Positions 1 through 11,949 of a stretch of DNA of 64,000 bases are shown one piece after another. The notes under the pieces were generated by a model. It saw only the letters and a list, made by a program, of their open reading frames with translations. It was not told the DNA's origin and made no database searches. Made by a program: the position numbers and the translations under genes. This DNA is from Marsupella aquatica (taxonomy: Eukaryota; Plantae; Marchantiophyta), in contig OZ316891.1 in NCBI GenBank assembly GCA_973895155.1, positions 23,311,899 through 23,375,898 on the forward strand, given 5' to 3'. The stretch's first letter is position 1, and each line of letters opens with the position of its first letter.

Positions 1-1420
1 CTAAAGAAATGTTGTGATAAAATGTTAATGTAAACGCCATGTGCTCGAGCCCCGGAATTCAGTCACACACGATGCTTGTGGCAAAGAAGGAAGGGTGGGG
101 GAGTAATCTCGCTCACCTTCTATCCAAGACTTCCACAGCCCTCAAATCCAGGCTTTCAAAAGAGCTTTGGTCTCTCGAGAGCCCCCTCTTCCGCCTTGCT
201 GCTGCTGCTTCTCCTCTTCTTTCTCTTGCAATCTTACAGACTCCAGTTGCACTCCTCCACGCTCCGACCTTCCAATCATCATCAGCGGCATTGTCGTCAT
301 CATTGTCACCAGGGACGGCTCGTCGTTGTGAGGCCCATTTGCGACTGCATGAAAATCTGTTCTCTTCCTCTTCCTCCTCGAAAAAAGAGTGGAATCGGAC
401 TCTTTCTGTCATTTTCATCCCTCCTCTGCATTCGTTTTGTGCGTGCTCGGATTTCCGATTATCAGTCATTGCTTCTGTTTCATTGCTTCTGTTTCATTGC
501 TTCTGTTTCAGGTACCGGTCCCGACACGGGCTGAATATATGAAGGTCTAGCCTGAATATATGACGGTCTAGCCGTGACAGGAAACACTCCCTATCTGTAC
601 GCAGGCAAATGCTGCATTGTCGGGAAACTAGATTGCCTGAAGAGAAGGGAAGGGTAGGGAAAGGAGCAGTTCAAGCGCGCATATTTAATTTTAATTGCGC
701 ATTTGCAAAAATATTACTGGAGTGATAATGCGTTTTGTAGGCACAGACCCTGTTTCTTCCTTGCGCTGAAGCTGGGCCTGCATGAAACATCGGAGAAGCA
801 GTTTCTTAGCGCGAAATGCCTGCCCTGCGCAGAATGTTGAAGCAGTACTGCAAAATTCATTGTGTGCGTGAATGAGTAAAACAAGCAATCGATCAAGCAT
901 GTGCAAGCACAAGGAATCAATCACATTGACCTGCTCGGGGATTCCATAAAGGTCTGGGACGTTGTGTGGAGATCAATATAAGTATGTTCCAAGGAGGAGA
1001 AATGTGCTTGTGTTCATCTTTCAGCTTCACAATTCTCCATAGAGATCAAAGGCCACGTGCAACATTGAAAGTTCTCATTGAAATTTCTGAATTTTGGGGG
1101 TGTTGAATTTCATCATTGTTGCTTATTTTCTCGAGACATGCCTGAAGCTTGAAGAAATTGGACAACCCTAAACCCTGAACTTGGTTTACAGATAGCGGTG
1201 GCGTGCAGGATCCAAAGGAATTGGTGTCATTGCTTAATTACCGGAGCAGAACGAAAATATAGACGGTTTCAAATCCTAACACAGCTACCTACTTGATTAT
1301 CGATTGCCTTGTATGGACCTACTTCAATCAAATCGATTGACAATGGATCTACTGAATGAAAAATCATCTACTTTCAATGTATCGACTGCATTGCATCAAG
1401 ATGAAATCGAGAATGTACCA

Positions 1421-2271
1421 TCAAGACTTGCTGTTAAGAGGAGAAGAAATCCGCCATCGAATCAAACTCACTACTCCCTTGTGGATGTTGGGAAAGTATT
1501 GTGCTGCCACGACATCTTTCACAGTAATCCCAACATGTTCATCATCAAGAATTTCATCATCATCAACTGCCGCCGTCACTTGAGGGACAGTGACCATTCC
1601 AGTGGCAACCATTTTGGTTTGATCCAACCAATGTAGAGTTCAACCAACTCTGACATCCAGTTTGCCCGATGAAAATAGTCACGCTTAGTGTCTGTGGTGT
1701 TTGCCGAACAAGACTGTGAAACAAAATCCACCTTGTCCTTTTGCTTCTTAGAGGAAGATTTGTTGCTCCCATTGATATCAACATTCCATACTTTATTGTG
1801 GACGTTAGCCACATCCCATAGAACCCATGCCAAGAGCCCTTTGCCTCTTCAATTGTTGCAGCTCCACCATGTGCGTAAGGTAAAGTCTTACTACCATGAA
1901 TCACATCTGTGAATTTTACACTAACCCAAGACTCACCGAGTAATATGTTATGACTTCTCTCCATTGGATCGGTCTTGAAAACAACTCCAAAGGCCACACA
2001 ATGGCCAAAGATAAACATTTCAACCTTATCGCCTGGCCTTAGGGTGGTCAAAGCATCCTCCTCTACATTTGCAACATTATGGATGTTGTTATCTTTTTGA
2101 GTCAAACAACTACCAATACTGATGCATTTTTGAGTAATCTTATCTGCAGATTGATATGCACATGACATATCCCAAATGACACATGAGTCAATGACATCAT
2201 GAATATTTTCTGCCCTAGGCATTGGAAAAGGGAGCTTCCTAGTCTCACCAAAGGCCTTCTCAATGAGAACC
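1421..2271 (-). pseudogene. Tnp1/En-Spm (CACTA accessory, PF03017-like) domain gene, 3' part, frameshifted; about 3 tandem domain copies
   Basis: ORFs 1563..2351, 1576..1833 and 1421..1627 contain VAFGVVFKTDP..HNILLGESWVSV..LPYAHGGAATIEEAKGSW, LPFPMPRAENIHDVIDSCVIWD and VATGMV..GITVKDVV..LIRW. These match the VAxG..DP..LG..V..LP..TI.DA.G..W pattern of Tnp1-like domains (by eye). Confidence 0.6.
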
Positions 2272-2599
2272 TGTGACGGGGTCCCGCCACGGTAAATCAC
2301 CATTAGTGTCACCAGCAAGACACCTGTAAATAAATAAGCCCATAGACGCAAGTTTTTTTTAATGTTCTTTAAATCTGTAAAGTTTTTTAAAGCATCTCGG
2401 GATAGTCGGAGATCCCAACAGTTTTGTCTAGACCCGGGTTAATTATGGGGCAAAAACCAGGGGGGGTTTAAAATTGTGACTTTCCGGGAAGGTAAGGAAG
2501 TCCGGGAAATAATCATTTAATTTTTTGGTAACACCCCTTCTAAAGCAACACTCAGGCAGGACTGGAGGAGTATGGGGGGTTTAATTAAACCCCCATTAA

Positions 2600-3200
2600 A
2601 TCCTTCCGCGAGCTGCGAGCTGCCGCGAGTGAGGAGTATTGGGGGGTTTTACAATAAATCCCTCCTAAGGAGGGCCGCGAGCTGCGATCTGCGAGCCCTG
2701 CAGAGGGCGGGAGCTGCTGCAAGCTGCCGCGAGTGAGGAGTATGGGGGGGTTTTAAAATAAATCCCTCCTAAGGAGTCCGCGAGCTGCCGTGCGAGGAAG
2801 GGGAAGCGTCCGCGAGTGAGCCGCAAGCCGCGAGCTGCCAGGCGCGAGCTGCGAGGAAGGGGAAGCGTCCGCGAGTGAGCCGCGAGCCGCGAGCCGCAAG
2901 CTGCCAGGCGCGAGCTGCGAGGAAGGGGAAGCGTCCGCGAGTGAGCCGCGAGCCGTGAGCTGCGAGCTGCCGTGCGAGGAAGGGGAAGCGTCCGCGAGTG
3001 AGCCGCGAGCCGCGAGCTGCGAGCTGCCATGCGAGGAAGGGGAAGCGTTCGCGAGTGAGCCGCAAGCCGCGAGCCGCGAGCTGCAAGGGGCGAGGCGCGA
3101 GCTGCGGGCCGCGAGCCGCGAGCTGCGAGGCGCGAGCTGCGGGCCGCGAGCCGCGAGCTGCGAGGCGCGAGCTGCGAGGAAGGGGGACTCCCGCGAGTCG
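2600..3200. repeat. GC-rich minisatellite built from 7-bp GCGAGC(C/T) units with a higher-order GCGAGGAAGGGGAAGCGTCCGCGAGTGA unit
   Basis: Directly visible tandem repeats, preceded by duplicated GAGGAGTAT(T)GGGGGG(G)TTT blocks. Confidence 0.9.
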
Positions 3201-3577
3201 GGACAAAGGAGGGCTCCGGGGCGCAAGGCTAAAAGCTGCTCCCGGGGGGGTTTTCGTTGTTTTTTTCTCTCCCCTCTTTTCTCCTTTTCACACGACCCTT
3301 CTCTTGCCGAAAGCAAACTCGAGTTTCTCTCCCTTATTGCCGAAAGCTTTCTCCTTATGTTACAATTATTTGAGCTTTCTCTCCAATTCTTCTCAAGGCT
3401 CACTCATGGGGGATTGCGGGGACTGTCAGGGCATTAACGACAACAACATGGAGTGACGACGGAGGGGATTGAGAGAAATAAATTAATCGGGCTACGGGGG
3501 CTGTTTCGGGCCAGGGAATTGACATTGCTACGGGTGGCGGGATTTGGTGATTGAGAATTTGATTTCAGGATGCATGA

Positions 3578-5431
3578 ATGCTAGATCAACCGGAGTTTAG
3601 TGTGGCACGCATTCGGAGATACAAGGCTGCTTACCGTGACTACGTGGAGACTTTGATTGCAAGGGAGAGAGAAGAGAGAGAAGCTACGATGAGCACGGGA
3701 TTGGCAGCAGGTTCCACACCGGTGGGTAGGAGGATTTTTCGTCGAATTTATCCCAAGACCTCCGCCAAAGTGATGGAGGATTGTCGGAATATTTTCCAAG
3801 CCACCGGGGTTACAGAATTCATGAAGGTGGAGATTACCATCCCTCCGGGGAAGAGCTGGGACATTGAGGCCGGGATGGAGTTACGAACGGAGGGAATCTA
3901 CTTTGAATGTCTCAAACGTGTAGTGCCCCATGTGGAGTTGGCTAGGCTGCTGTTTCTGGGGAATCAGAAATTCTCATTCACACCTCGGCACATTAGGGGA
4001 GAACTCACGTTGAAGATGGTGGCCACTTGGGTGATTAATCCCACCTCCACCACTGCCATCCCTCTTTCCGCTGTCAAGGATGTTGAGTATAAGGGATTCC
4101 TGGCCAAGGTTCATCAACGGGTCCTTGGCAACGTGCAATCCGGGGTGGTGAATGAAGAGCATTTCGTGGTAGCTATGGACATCAAGAACCACCCAGCCCA
4201 TGTGTACGGATGGTGGTACTACGGGTTGAAGAAGCTGTTGGCCGCTGATCCCGGGAGTGTGAAACCAGGTGGGGCTGTACATTTGATGGGGTCATTTGTA
4301 TTGGCCAGGGCAGAAGGGTTGATTGGTTCCCCGGGACAGGAAGACACGGGATCATCTCTCACCACGGAGATCCGGAGTATTGCCACTACCGTTATAGGGA
4401 AGCTCACGGAGGAATCATCGTCGGCTGGTGGGGATGAAGATAGAGGAGAAGAAAACCAGGATGAGGACTACACGTTGGAGTGGCTTGAATCATTCATAGG
4501 AGATCCAAAAAAGCCCCTGGTCTACAACATTCCGGATGTTTACCTGGCAGAGCTATGGGATTTCAGAGAGGGAGTCCATGAGGGACTCAAGCTAATCCAC
4601 GCATTGAGAGATTCTCTCAAGCATGCCTCAGCCAGAGTAGAGACGTTAGAGCAGAGTACCCTATCTCTGAAGGAGGTGATCAAGGCCAAGGAGGGGACCA
4701 TTCATGAGAAGGTTAAGCTTCTCCAAGCAGCTCACGTAGAGATCTCCAACTTGAAGGGAGCCTTGTCCACCAAGGCCAAGGAAGCAGAAGAGGTGGGAGC
4801 ATTGAGACAAGCATTGGCCAAAGAGAAGCAAAATTCTAGAGAAGTGGTGGAGTGGAGAAACCAGGTGGGAGCACTACGGAGTCAGGTGGCCGCCTTTGAG
4901 ACACGAGCAAAGAGGAGTGAGGCCTTGAGTCTGGGAAAACGGAAGAGCCCCGGCACACCTAGCTCCACACTTTCCCCGGATTTGATCTCCCAGGCTATTG
5001 AGATGGTGGTGAAGGAGGTTAGTGGGAAGTATGGGCCCTTGTTGGATGGAGCCAAGAAGAGTCAGGAGAAGAGCAAGGGCTTGGAGAAGAAGCTCCGGGA
5101 GGTACGGAAATCATTACGGGAGGCTCAGATCAGTACGGGGATGCCACCCAGGTCTGTCACCCCCGGGACTCCCATGGCCACAGGGCAAGTTCTACCGTTG
5201 GAGTTGCGGTCCGGAGAAGATGCTACCCTATGGAAGGACACCATTGGTGAGGGGTACATCAAGGCGTGGCAGGCCTTGGCCACTTTGAGGAAGCAAGGGA
5301 GCGGCAGCACGAAGAGTACCCCGGTAAAGAAGAAGAAAAGTGAGGTGGCACTCACTCCCGTGAGTGATGAAGAGGAGGCCCACTCACGGGGCACAAGCCA
5401 GGGCACCGAGAGTGAAGAAGAGGAGGAGTAG
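3578..5431 (+). CDS. 617-aa retroelement accessory-type protein: N-terminal globular region, coiled coil, basic/acidic tail
   Basis: Uninterrupted ORF with an E/K/A/L-rich helical segment (about aa 340-500), a KKKK patch and an EEEEE terminus. It lies inside the putative solo LTR C. Confidence 0.6.
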   Translation: MLDQPEFSVARIRRYKAAYRDYVETLIAREREEREATMSTGLAAGSTPVGRRIFRRIYPKTSAKVMEDCRNIFQATGVTEFMKVEITIPPGKSWDIEAGMELRTEGIYFECLKRVVPHVELARLLFLGNQKFSFTPRHIRGELTLKMVATWVINPTSTTAIPLSAVKDVEYKGFLAKVHQRVLGNVQSGVVNEEHFVVAMDIKNHPAHVYGWWYYGLKKLLAADPGSVKPGGAVHLMGSFVLARAEGLIGSPGQEDTGSSLTTEIRSIATTVIGKLTEESSSAGGDEDRGEENQDEDYTLEWLESFIGDPKKPLVYNIPDVYLAELWDFREGVHEGLKLIHALRDSLKHASARVETLEQSTLSLKEVIKAKEGTIHEKVKLLQAAHVEISNLKGALSTKAKEAEEVGALRQALAKEKQNSREVVEWRNQVGALRSQVAAFETRAKRSEALSLGKRKSPGTPSSTLSPDLISQAIEMVVKEVSGKYGPLLDGAKKSQEKSKGLEKKLREVRKSLREAQISTGMPPRSVTPGTPMATGQVLPLELRSGEDATLWKDTIGEGYIKAWQALATLRKQGSGSTKSTPVKKKKSEVALTPVSDEEEAHSRGTSQGTESEEEEE

Positions 5432-6700
5432 ATAGTCGTATGGATGTGGTTGTACGGCCTCTGGATTTCCAACTTTTTTGTGAGGGGTCACTCACGGGCT
5501 TGTTGGAAAGAGCTCGCGGAGCTGATTCCAACAAGAGGCGGCGCTCCTCAAACGGAGCCAGGATGAGCAAGTTATGGCCCAACGAAATTGTGTTTTCGCG
5601 ATACGGAAACGACCATAACTCAGGCGTCCGATGTCCGTTGCGAGTGCGGCTGAGTGATTCGGGATCAGGAGGAGAAGGGCTATCCAAGGGTGAGCTCAAA
5701 AGTACAGTTGATAGGGCACCTAGTTTCAGCCATTGTGGGGTGCCTTGCAATTTCAGGGTTCACAGAGTACAGTTGGGGCGCCGTCGAAGGCACCGTCGGC
5801 CCCTTGTTTAGGGTTTAGGGTTTTAGCAGCATGTGTGTGCCGCATGCCTTTTAGTTTAGGGATTTCTTAGTGCAGGGTTTTAGCGGCGCCGCTAGGGTAG
5901 CCGCCATCGTTGTGACCCCATGAGGGGTGCTTTGGTGTGGTTTTTTTTGGTATTTAGGGGGAGAGCCCCTGAGTAGTGAGGGGGGAACTCAGCGTAGTAC
6001 TTGGATGCTTTGGAGTAGCTTTTGTGAGGAGCGCACCGATTAGGAGAAGTTCAAGCCAGAGTAGTGAGGTGGAGAACGTAGCACTTGTCCCCGGGAGGCA
6101 GGAGTTGGGCAGACGGTAGGAGGCCGGGTTGTCCTTGCATGTGTTACGGGAAACACCAAGAGATATGGATTTGGCTTGAGGTTCCAATACTTTGTGTGTC
6201 ACTTGTTGTTGCTTGTGTTGTTTGTTTTCCTCCCCTAGTGCGTGTGGTCGGTGTCGTTGTGGAAACATTTTCCCGTGTCACTAGTGTTCAAATCTTATTG
6301 TAAATGTTGGTATGCTTGCCCAAGAGAGGAGGGGGGTGGTGACAGCACTCACCCGGTGGGCATGAGTTGTAGATGGTAGGACCAGTCCCTTGGACTTGAT
6401 CAAAAACGGAGAGACCAGTCGGTAGACTTGATCAAAAAGTACACTTCCGGGAGCGGAATCAAACATACTCATCCTTAGGTGTGGAAATCCTCCAAATAGC
6501 GTCCCTCCACGACCCCGTAATACGATACCAACGGTTTAAGCAAGGAAAAGCACGGTTTGCACGTATTAATCGTTGGATAGGCAAGTGACAGAACCCCAAT
6601 TCGATTCTCTCCCAACACAATATTTTGAACACTCTCTCGTGGATCTGTCTTTTGAATTGTCCCATTTCCAACGTCGTAACCATCCATTGTCAAGGTCACA

Positions 6701-6745
6701 TAACCGTCCCTAGAAAACCTTTGAGACATCCTTTTCCTATTATCC
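6701..6745 (-). pseudogene. Upstream exon piece of the Tnp1-like gene interrupted by element C
   Basis: Minus-strand acceptor-like ttttttcagtgtgcag followed by IIGKGCLKGFLGT, in frame with 2271 downward. Confidence 0.45.
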
Positions 6746-6824
6746 TGCACACTGAAAAAATGGATTAAAACCAAAGTCATGCAAATTTTGATTCAGACCA
6801 AATGTTGAATCTAAATTTTTACTT

Positions 6825-7595
6825 AGACCAACCAAGTTTGGATTTGGGCTGGGACCATCCAAGTCTGGATTTGGACTGCTATCCTTCGAGTCTGGATTTG
6901 GACTACGATCCTCTGATTCTGGATTTGGACTGGAACCATCCGAATCCGGATTTGGACTACGATCCTCCGATTCTGGATTTGGACTGGGACCATCCGAGTT
7001 CGGATTTGGACCGGGACCATCCAAGTCCGGATTTGGACTACGATCCTCCGATTCTGGATTTGGACTGGGATCATCCGAGTCTGGATTTGGACTGGGACCA
7101 TCCCAGTCCAAATTTGGACTAGGACCATCCCAATCCAAACTTGGAATTGGACCATCCAAGTCCAAACTAGGACTTGGGCCAACCCAATCCAAACTAGGAC
7201 TCGGACCATCCCAATCCAAACTAGGACTTGGGTCAACCTAATCCAAACTAGGACTCGGACCATCCCAATCCAAACTAGGACTTGGACCATCCAAGTCCAA
7301 ACTTGGACTCAGACCATCTCAATCCAAAGTTGGACTCGGACCATCCTAATCCAAAGTTGGACTTGGACCATCCCAATCCAAAATAGGACTTGGACCATCC
7401 AAGTCCAAACTTGGACTCGGACCATCCCAATCCAAAGTTGGACTCGGACCATCCCAATCCAAAGTTGGACTCGGATGATCCCAATGCAAAGTTGGACTTG
7501 GATGATCCCAATGCAAAGTTGGACTTGGATGATCCTAATCCAAACTTGGACTAGGACCATCCGAATCCAAACTTGGACTAGGACCATCCTAGACC
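6825..7595. repeat. 27-bp hairpin minisatellite (core GGACCATCC flanked by TTGGACT/ATCCAAA), roughly 28 copies
   Basis: Tandem 27-bp units giving 9-aa periodic ORFs. Perfect 13-bp stem at 7085-7113 (ATTTGGACTGGGA-CCA-TCCCAGTCCAAAT). Confidence 0.9.
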
Positions 7596-8489
7596 AACCC
7601 ATGATGTAATGGGAGATAAACTTCAAACATCTTAAGCTAAGAAAAATCCAAATTTAGGAAGACTCCGTATTTTACGGATCTCCCTATATGGTGTAGCCTA
7701 AAGTTTGCGTGGTCTTAAGGCAGACCCTAATGTCTACATACAATTTCATGAAATAATGGAACCTTATATTTGAATGCATTAAACCTTAATATACTCACCT
7801 TAGTATTAAGATCTGGTAGAAGATGAATATCACATCCAAGGGGTATACATTGTTGTTTGTAGATTGGGAAAAACTTTCCCAGAACCTTGAAATACAAGCT
7901 ATATGCCACTAAATCTTGGGAGTAAAAAACAAACTGAACCCTAAACCACACATGTCTGTAAACGATAAACTGAGAGGACTCCAAAAGTCAAGAAGCTGGC
8001 TAAGCTGACCCATTGAAGGTAAGTGGCTCAATACATGAAATTCTAAGAGAAACTCCGGATTACATGGAGCTTAGATTTGGGAAACTAGAACAAGAATGAG
8101 CTCCGAAGTGGGCGTCTCCCAAACTATATACCCTTTGCTCGAGTCGGCTCAACTGGAAATCGCGTGAAGATAAGGGTCGAGTACCCCTTCACACACCTTA
8201 TCTTCACGAGCCTAATTGCGCGGGGACTACCATGCAAGGTTGTTGGGCAGCACACCAAGGAACAAGGCCCGTATTCAGGGTGAGGGCAACGGGCTGTACG
8301 CAGGAGCAGGCCATACGCAGGAAGGCCGCAAGCAGGAAGGGGTGAAGGCTGTACATAGGAGCAGGCCGTACAGATCGACGCAACCGGCCATACAGAGGCA
8401 ACCAGCTGTACGCATCCCAGGGTGAGGCAGGAGGGGGTAAAGGGACGGAGAGGTCCAGCCAGGACCTCATTCTCACTCCTTGCAAACTC

Positions 8490-8585
8490 ACTCTCTCTCC
8501 GCCTCCGCCTCCGCCTGCCTCTGCCTCTCCTCTCCTCTCCTCTCCTCTCCTCTCCTCTCTGCCTCTCCTCTTGCTCTCGCTCTCT
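8490..8585. repeat. CT-rich microsatellite (CTCCGC, CTCTC), continuing at 9226-9312 after the MITE
   Basis: Visible simple repeats on both sides of the TIR element. Confidence 0.85.
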
Positions 8586-9225
8586 AGGCCTCATTCACAA
8601 TTGGGTGTACCTCGCAGGAACCACTTTCAGGACTCAAAAACATGCTTTTTTAGTGAAAAATGACTTTTGTAACATGAAAAAAGCACCATCATGATTTTAT
8701 CTCAAGACATTTAAGTCTAATTTTTTCACAAGACTATTTTACATGGTGTTATCTACCTCACCATGTAGATAAATCAAGTTTTCAACTGTTTTAAGGGATC
8801 CTATTATTGATGGCCGTAAATAAGCCAAAATTACTGATTATTTTTGTCCTGTACATAAAGGTTTAGTGTGTGTCAATATTTGAGTTTTGAAATATAAGAT
8901 TATTCTATTAGTATGCATGCTTTGGTAAAATTTCATTGTCTAAAATGCATTTTTTAGAGTCCTTTTGAGTCCTGAAAAGATGTGACCCATTGCGTGACAA
9001 GTCATTTTATCAATCTTTGAAGGACATATAAGGAAAGCTTCAAAGTCTCAAATGCTAGATAGTTTAATGAATGTTACCAACCTACAGGATGTTTATTAAG
9101 TATAGTACATCAAATTTTCTATATCATCTCATTACACCCTACAAATGATATCCTAAAGCATAATAAACTATGGTCACTTTTGAGTGTGACGTTCCTTTTG
9201 GGTCCTCCAATTGTGAATGAGGCCT
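8586..9225. mobile_element. MITE, 640 bp, possibly PIF/Harbinger-Tourist-like
   Basis: 19-bp perfect TIRs AGGCCTCATTCACAATTGG / CCAATTGTGAATGAGGCCT around an AT-rich non-coding interior. The TSD is ambiguous within the CT repeat. Confidence 0.75.
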
Positions 9226-9543
9226 CTACTCTCCGCCGCTCTCACTCTTGCTCTCCGCTCTCCGCCGCTCTCACTCTTGCTCTCCGCTCTCTCTCCGCCT
9301 CCGCCTGCCTCCGTCTTTTTCATTGCCCTAGATTGGACGTCTGCTAAGACACCATGTGTCACGCTGCCATGTGTCAGGAAGATGGAAGCAAATCGCATCC
9401 TTGTGATGTCCTCCGTGGAAGCAACGGAGGAGTTTGACCTCTCCTCTATGAGCGACAGTGTAGAACTGGCACTCAAAGACTCCAGACAATTTCAATCACG
9501 AATCCCTAGTAAGTATCCATCACCTATCCTCCCTAACTCTTAG

Positions 9544-9805
9544 CGGACTGGGACCATCCGAGTCCAAAGTTGGACTAGGACCATCCAAATCCAAAGTTGG
9601 ACTCGGATGATCCCAATCCAAACTTGGACTCGAACCATCCCAATCCAAACTTGGACTTGGATGATCCCAATCCAAACTTGGACTCAAACCATCCCAATCC
9701 AAAGTTGGACTCGGATGATCCTAATCCATCCAGGAGATTGAATCCTGATTGTAGAAGCAAGTCTAAAACCATCTCAAGTTGGACTAGGACCATCCTAATC
9801 CAACA
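9544..9805. repeat. Second array of the 27-bp hairpin minisatellite
   Basis: Same GGA(CC/TG)ATCCCAATCCAAA(C/G)TTGGACT unit as at 7120-7590. Confidence 0.85.
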
Positions 9806-10208
9806 AGAGTTATTCGAATGTTTTAAAGGTTTTAAGTCTAACATGGATGACGTTTATGATGCAGGGAGCGATCTTGTTGGTTTCAAACCCACAATTGCAC
9901 CGACCAACTGCCCCCGGGGTCCTCACTTATTTTCTTCCGACCCATCACGCGCGAATAAGTATAGGGTTTTTTTATTGGGTTTAGTGAAATACTTTTAAAT
10001 TTTTGTTGAAGAACATTAGGGTTATTTTAATCCAATTTTGAGAATTATAATAATCATAGGGTTTTTTAAAATCAAATATGAGAATATTCTTGGAATATTC
10101 CATTAAGTTAGGGGTAAAATAATTCCTTAAAAAAACTTTATTGACTTAACTTTTAGGGTGTTTAATATTCCCCCAAAACTTCGAGCGTGATATGGGACAT
10201 CCCTAGGA

Positions 10209-11878
10209 TTGAGGCCCCCGAGCAACTGCCTGGACGGATTCTTACTAGATGAGAGATCCCCAGGCTTCCGATGGGGGCTTGAGTTCTCAAGAACCCCGCT
10301 CAATAATGAAGTGTCATCAAGCACGATTGAACCTATTTTGACCTTAAAGTGCAGAGGAAATGATAGCCTGACTTTTGTTTGCGGACTTGTGGTCTCTGTT
10401 GGCATTGGGGGAGAGGGATGAAATTGGTCATTCTGGAGATGCACAATAGGTCCTGTTGGGTTAAAGTTAACCTTCTGTCAAAGGCATACTCCTTTGAATT
10501 CAATGTCGAATGGCACACAAATGGGGAATTGAGCGTTTTGTCAATGGGATTTTTTCCAAAGACCTATGACACAAAGAAGTTGGTCGACGGGGTAACTGGT
10601 ATGCTTCTAGTCGACATTATGTATGGGTTAATTTTCAATATTTGAAACTCAACATGATGAAGCACCAAGGCAATTTCTCTTTTCCAACTACCTGGACGTT
10701 AAGCAATTTACTTGAGAAAGCTGGATTGTTATTGTTGGATTTGGAGGAGCCTGGTGTTTTAATTGATAAGGATGTTTCATTTGCTTCCAAGTTTGATTTA
10801 GTCAAAGCAAAGCAATGGATAGAATCTTTGTCCAAGGCGAGAAAGCTTCCAGCGGTGAATACAAACCCTGAGCCTAAGCAAGCGCCAGAGAAAGCTCCAG
10901 AACCTACAACTGAGACCGCGGGAACTACAGCAGCGACCTCTCAAAGAGCAATGGGAAAAAAAAACAAAGCCAAAGAAAACTTCCGGTTGAGAAGAAACTT
11001 GCTGTGGAGAAGCCGGTTGAGAAGCCAAGTACGAGAAGCCAAGTACGAGAAGCCGAGTACAAGAAGCCAAGCACGAGAAGCCAAGTTGAGAAGCCGGTTG
11101 AGAAGAAACATCCGGTTGAGAAACCGAGTGCAAGTGAAAAGAGGCCAAGACAGAAGAAGAAACAGAAAATTGACAGTGCCATCATGGATGACACTACAAA
11201 AAACCAGACAATGCATTCACAAGATGTGGACGAGCAGTTGGATGCTCCTGAGGAGAAGAAGGTCTTAGAAGGTAATGAGGTACTGCAACAAATGGAACAA
11301 TATTATACGTTTGGGATCAATTCGATATTTTCTATTCCCGTAGAGAGTATTTTCCCTGTGTCGGCAAGACTCTGTTACAGAATGTTGAATGCAGACCATG
11401 TAAGGGATGTGGCCAATTCCATGATAAGAAATCCGGGGCATGAACCACACATAGTAGACTTGATTCCTTACACTGCAAAACATAGAAACCTAATGCAGTA
11501 TGACAACACAAAATCAGATAGGAGGGACTTTGTAGCAGCCGTGAAAAAGGGCGAGGTTCAATTCCTTGCCATTAGCAATCAACATTCGGCCAGAGCAACC
11601 AGATGGATTCGAGAATGGGCAAAGAAGGACGCCAAGCTAACAACATTGGCAAAAAAGCTGGAATTTCAAAAGTCAAGAATATTATCTCATCGAACACCAT
11701 CGTCATATTAGTTGAGCATTCAATGCAATCTAATGCTATCAATAGCACGATGGTGTTTCAGTCATGCTTCAAAGATACAGTCGTTCATGCTAGGCGAGAA
11801 TTTGTGGAATGTGGAAGACCTAGCCGGCCAAAACATGGGGACAACAAAACAAATGCTCAAGACAATCAAAAATTTCAG
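10209..11878 (+). pseudogene. Exon 1 of a decayed gene: unknown N-terminus, K/E/P-rich repeat linker, ParB/Srx-like domain
   Basis: Chain of overlapping frameshifted ORFs (10209, 10379, 10642, 11004, 11603). Motifs FSIPVESIFP..RMLNADHVRDVANSM..VQFLAISNQHSARA..LVEHSMQSN resemble the ParB N-domain. Ends at donor CAG|GTACG (11878/11879). Confidence 0.55.
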
Positions 11879-11949
11879 GTACGAAGTGTTACTGCTTGAT
11901 GGGTACAATACCGTAGACTCTCATGGTAGTCTTTGAACATAAAGCTTCA

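Larger units (their letters stand above)
2272..6700. mobile_element. Probable solo LTR (family C), 4.4 kb, containing a long ORF
   Basis: Termini TGTGAC (2272) and GTCACA (6700). Flanks GAACC/TAACC (4/5 TSD match). Removing it rejoins the interrupted minus-strand frame IIGKGCLKGFLGT|VLIEKAFGETRK. No gag or pol inside. Confidence 0.6.

Noticed and set aside
39-542. Overlapping ORFs at the window start
   Set aside because: Low-complexity CT-rich sequence with short tandem repeats (about 468-510 and 531-572) and no recognisable domain.
2665-3456. ORFs of 120-216 aa on both strands
   Set aside because: They arise from the stop-poor GC-rich minisatellite.
5806-5885. Telomere-like TTTAGGG repeats (also TTAGGG x2 near 34016)
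   Set aside because: Only 2-3 copies; common telo-box-like motifs inside plant LTRs, not a telomeric array.
2307-6344. Alternative element boundaries TGTCACCA..TGGTGACA
   Set aside because: Flanks ATTAG/GCACT give no TSD and removal does not restore the host frame. A nested element cannot be fully excluded.
6740-7626. Periodic SPNPD/LDLDW ORFs
   Set aside because: Explained by a 27-bp unit that is a multiple of three and open in several frames. No independent coding evidence.
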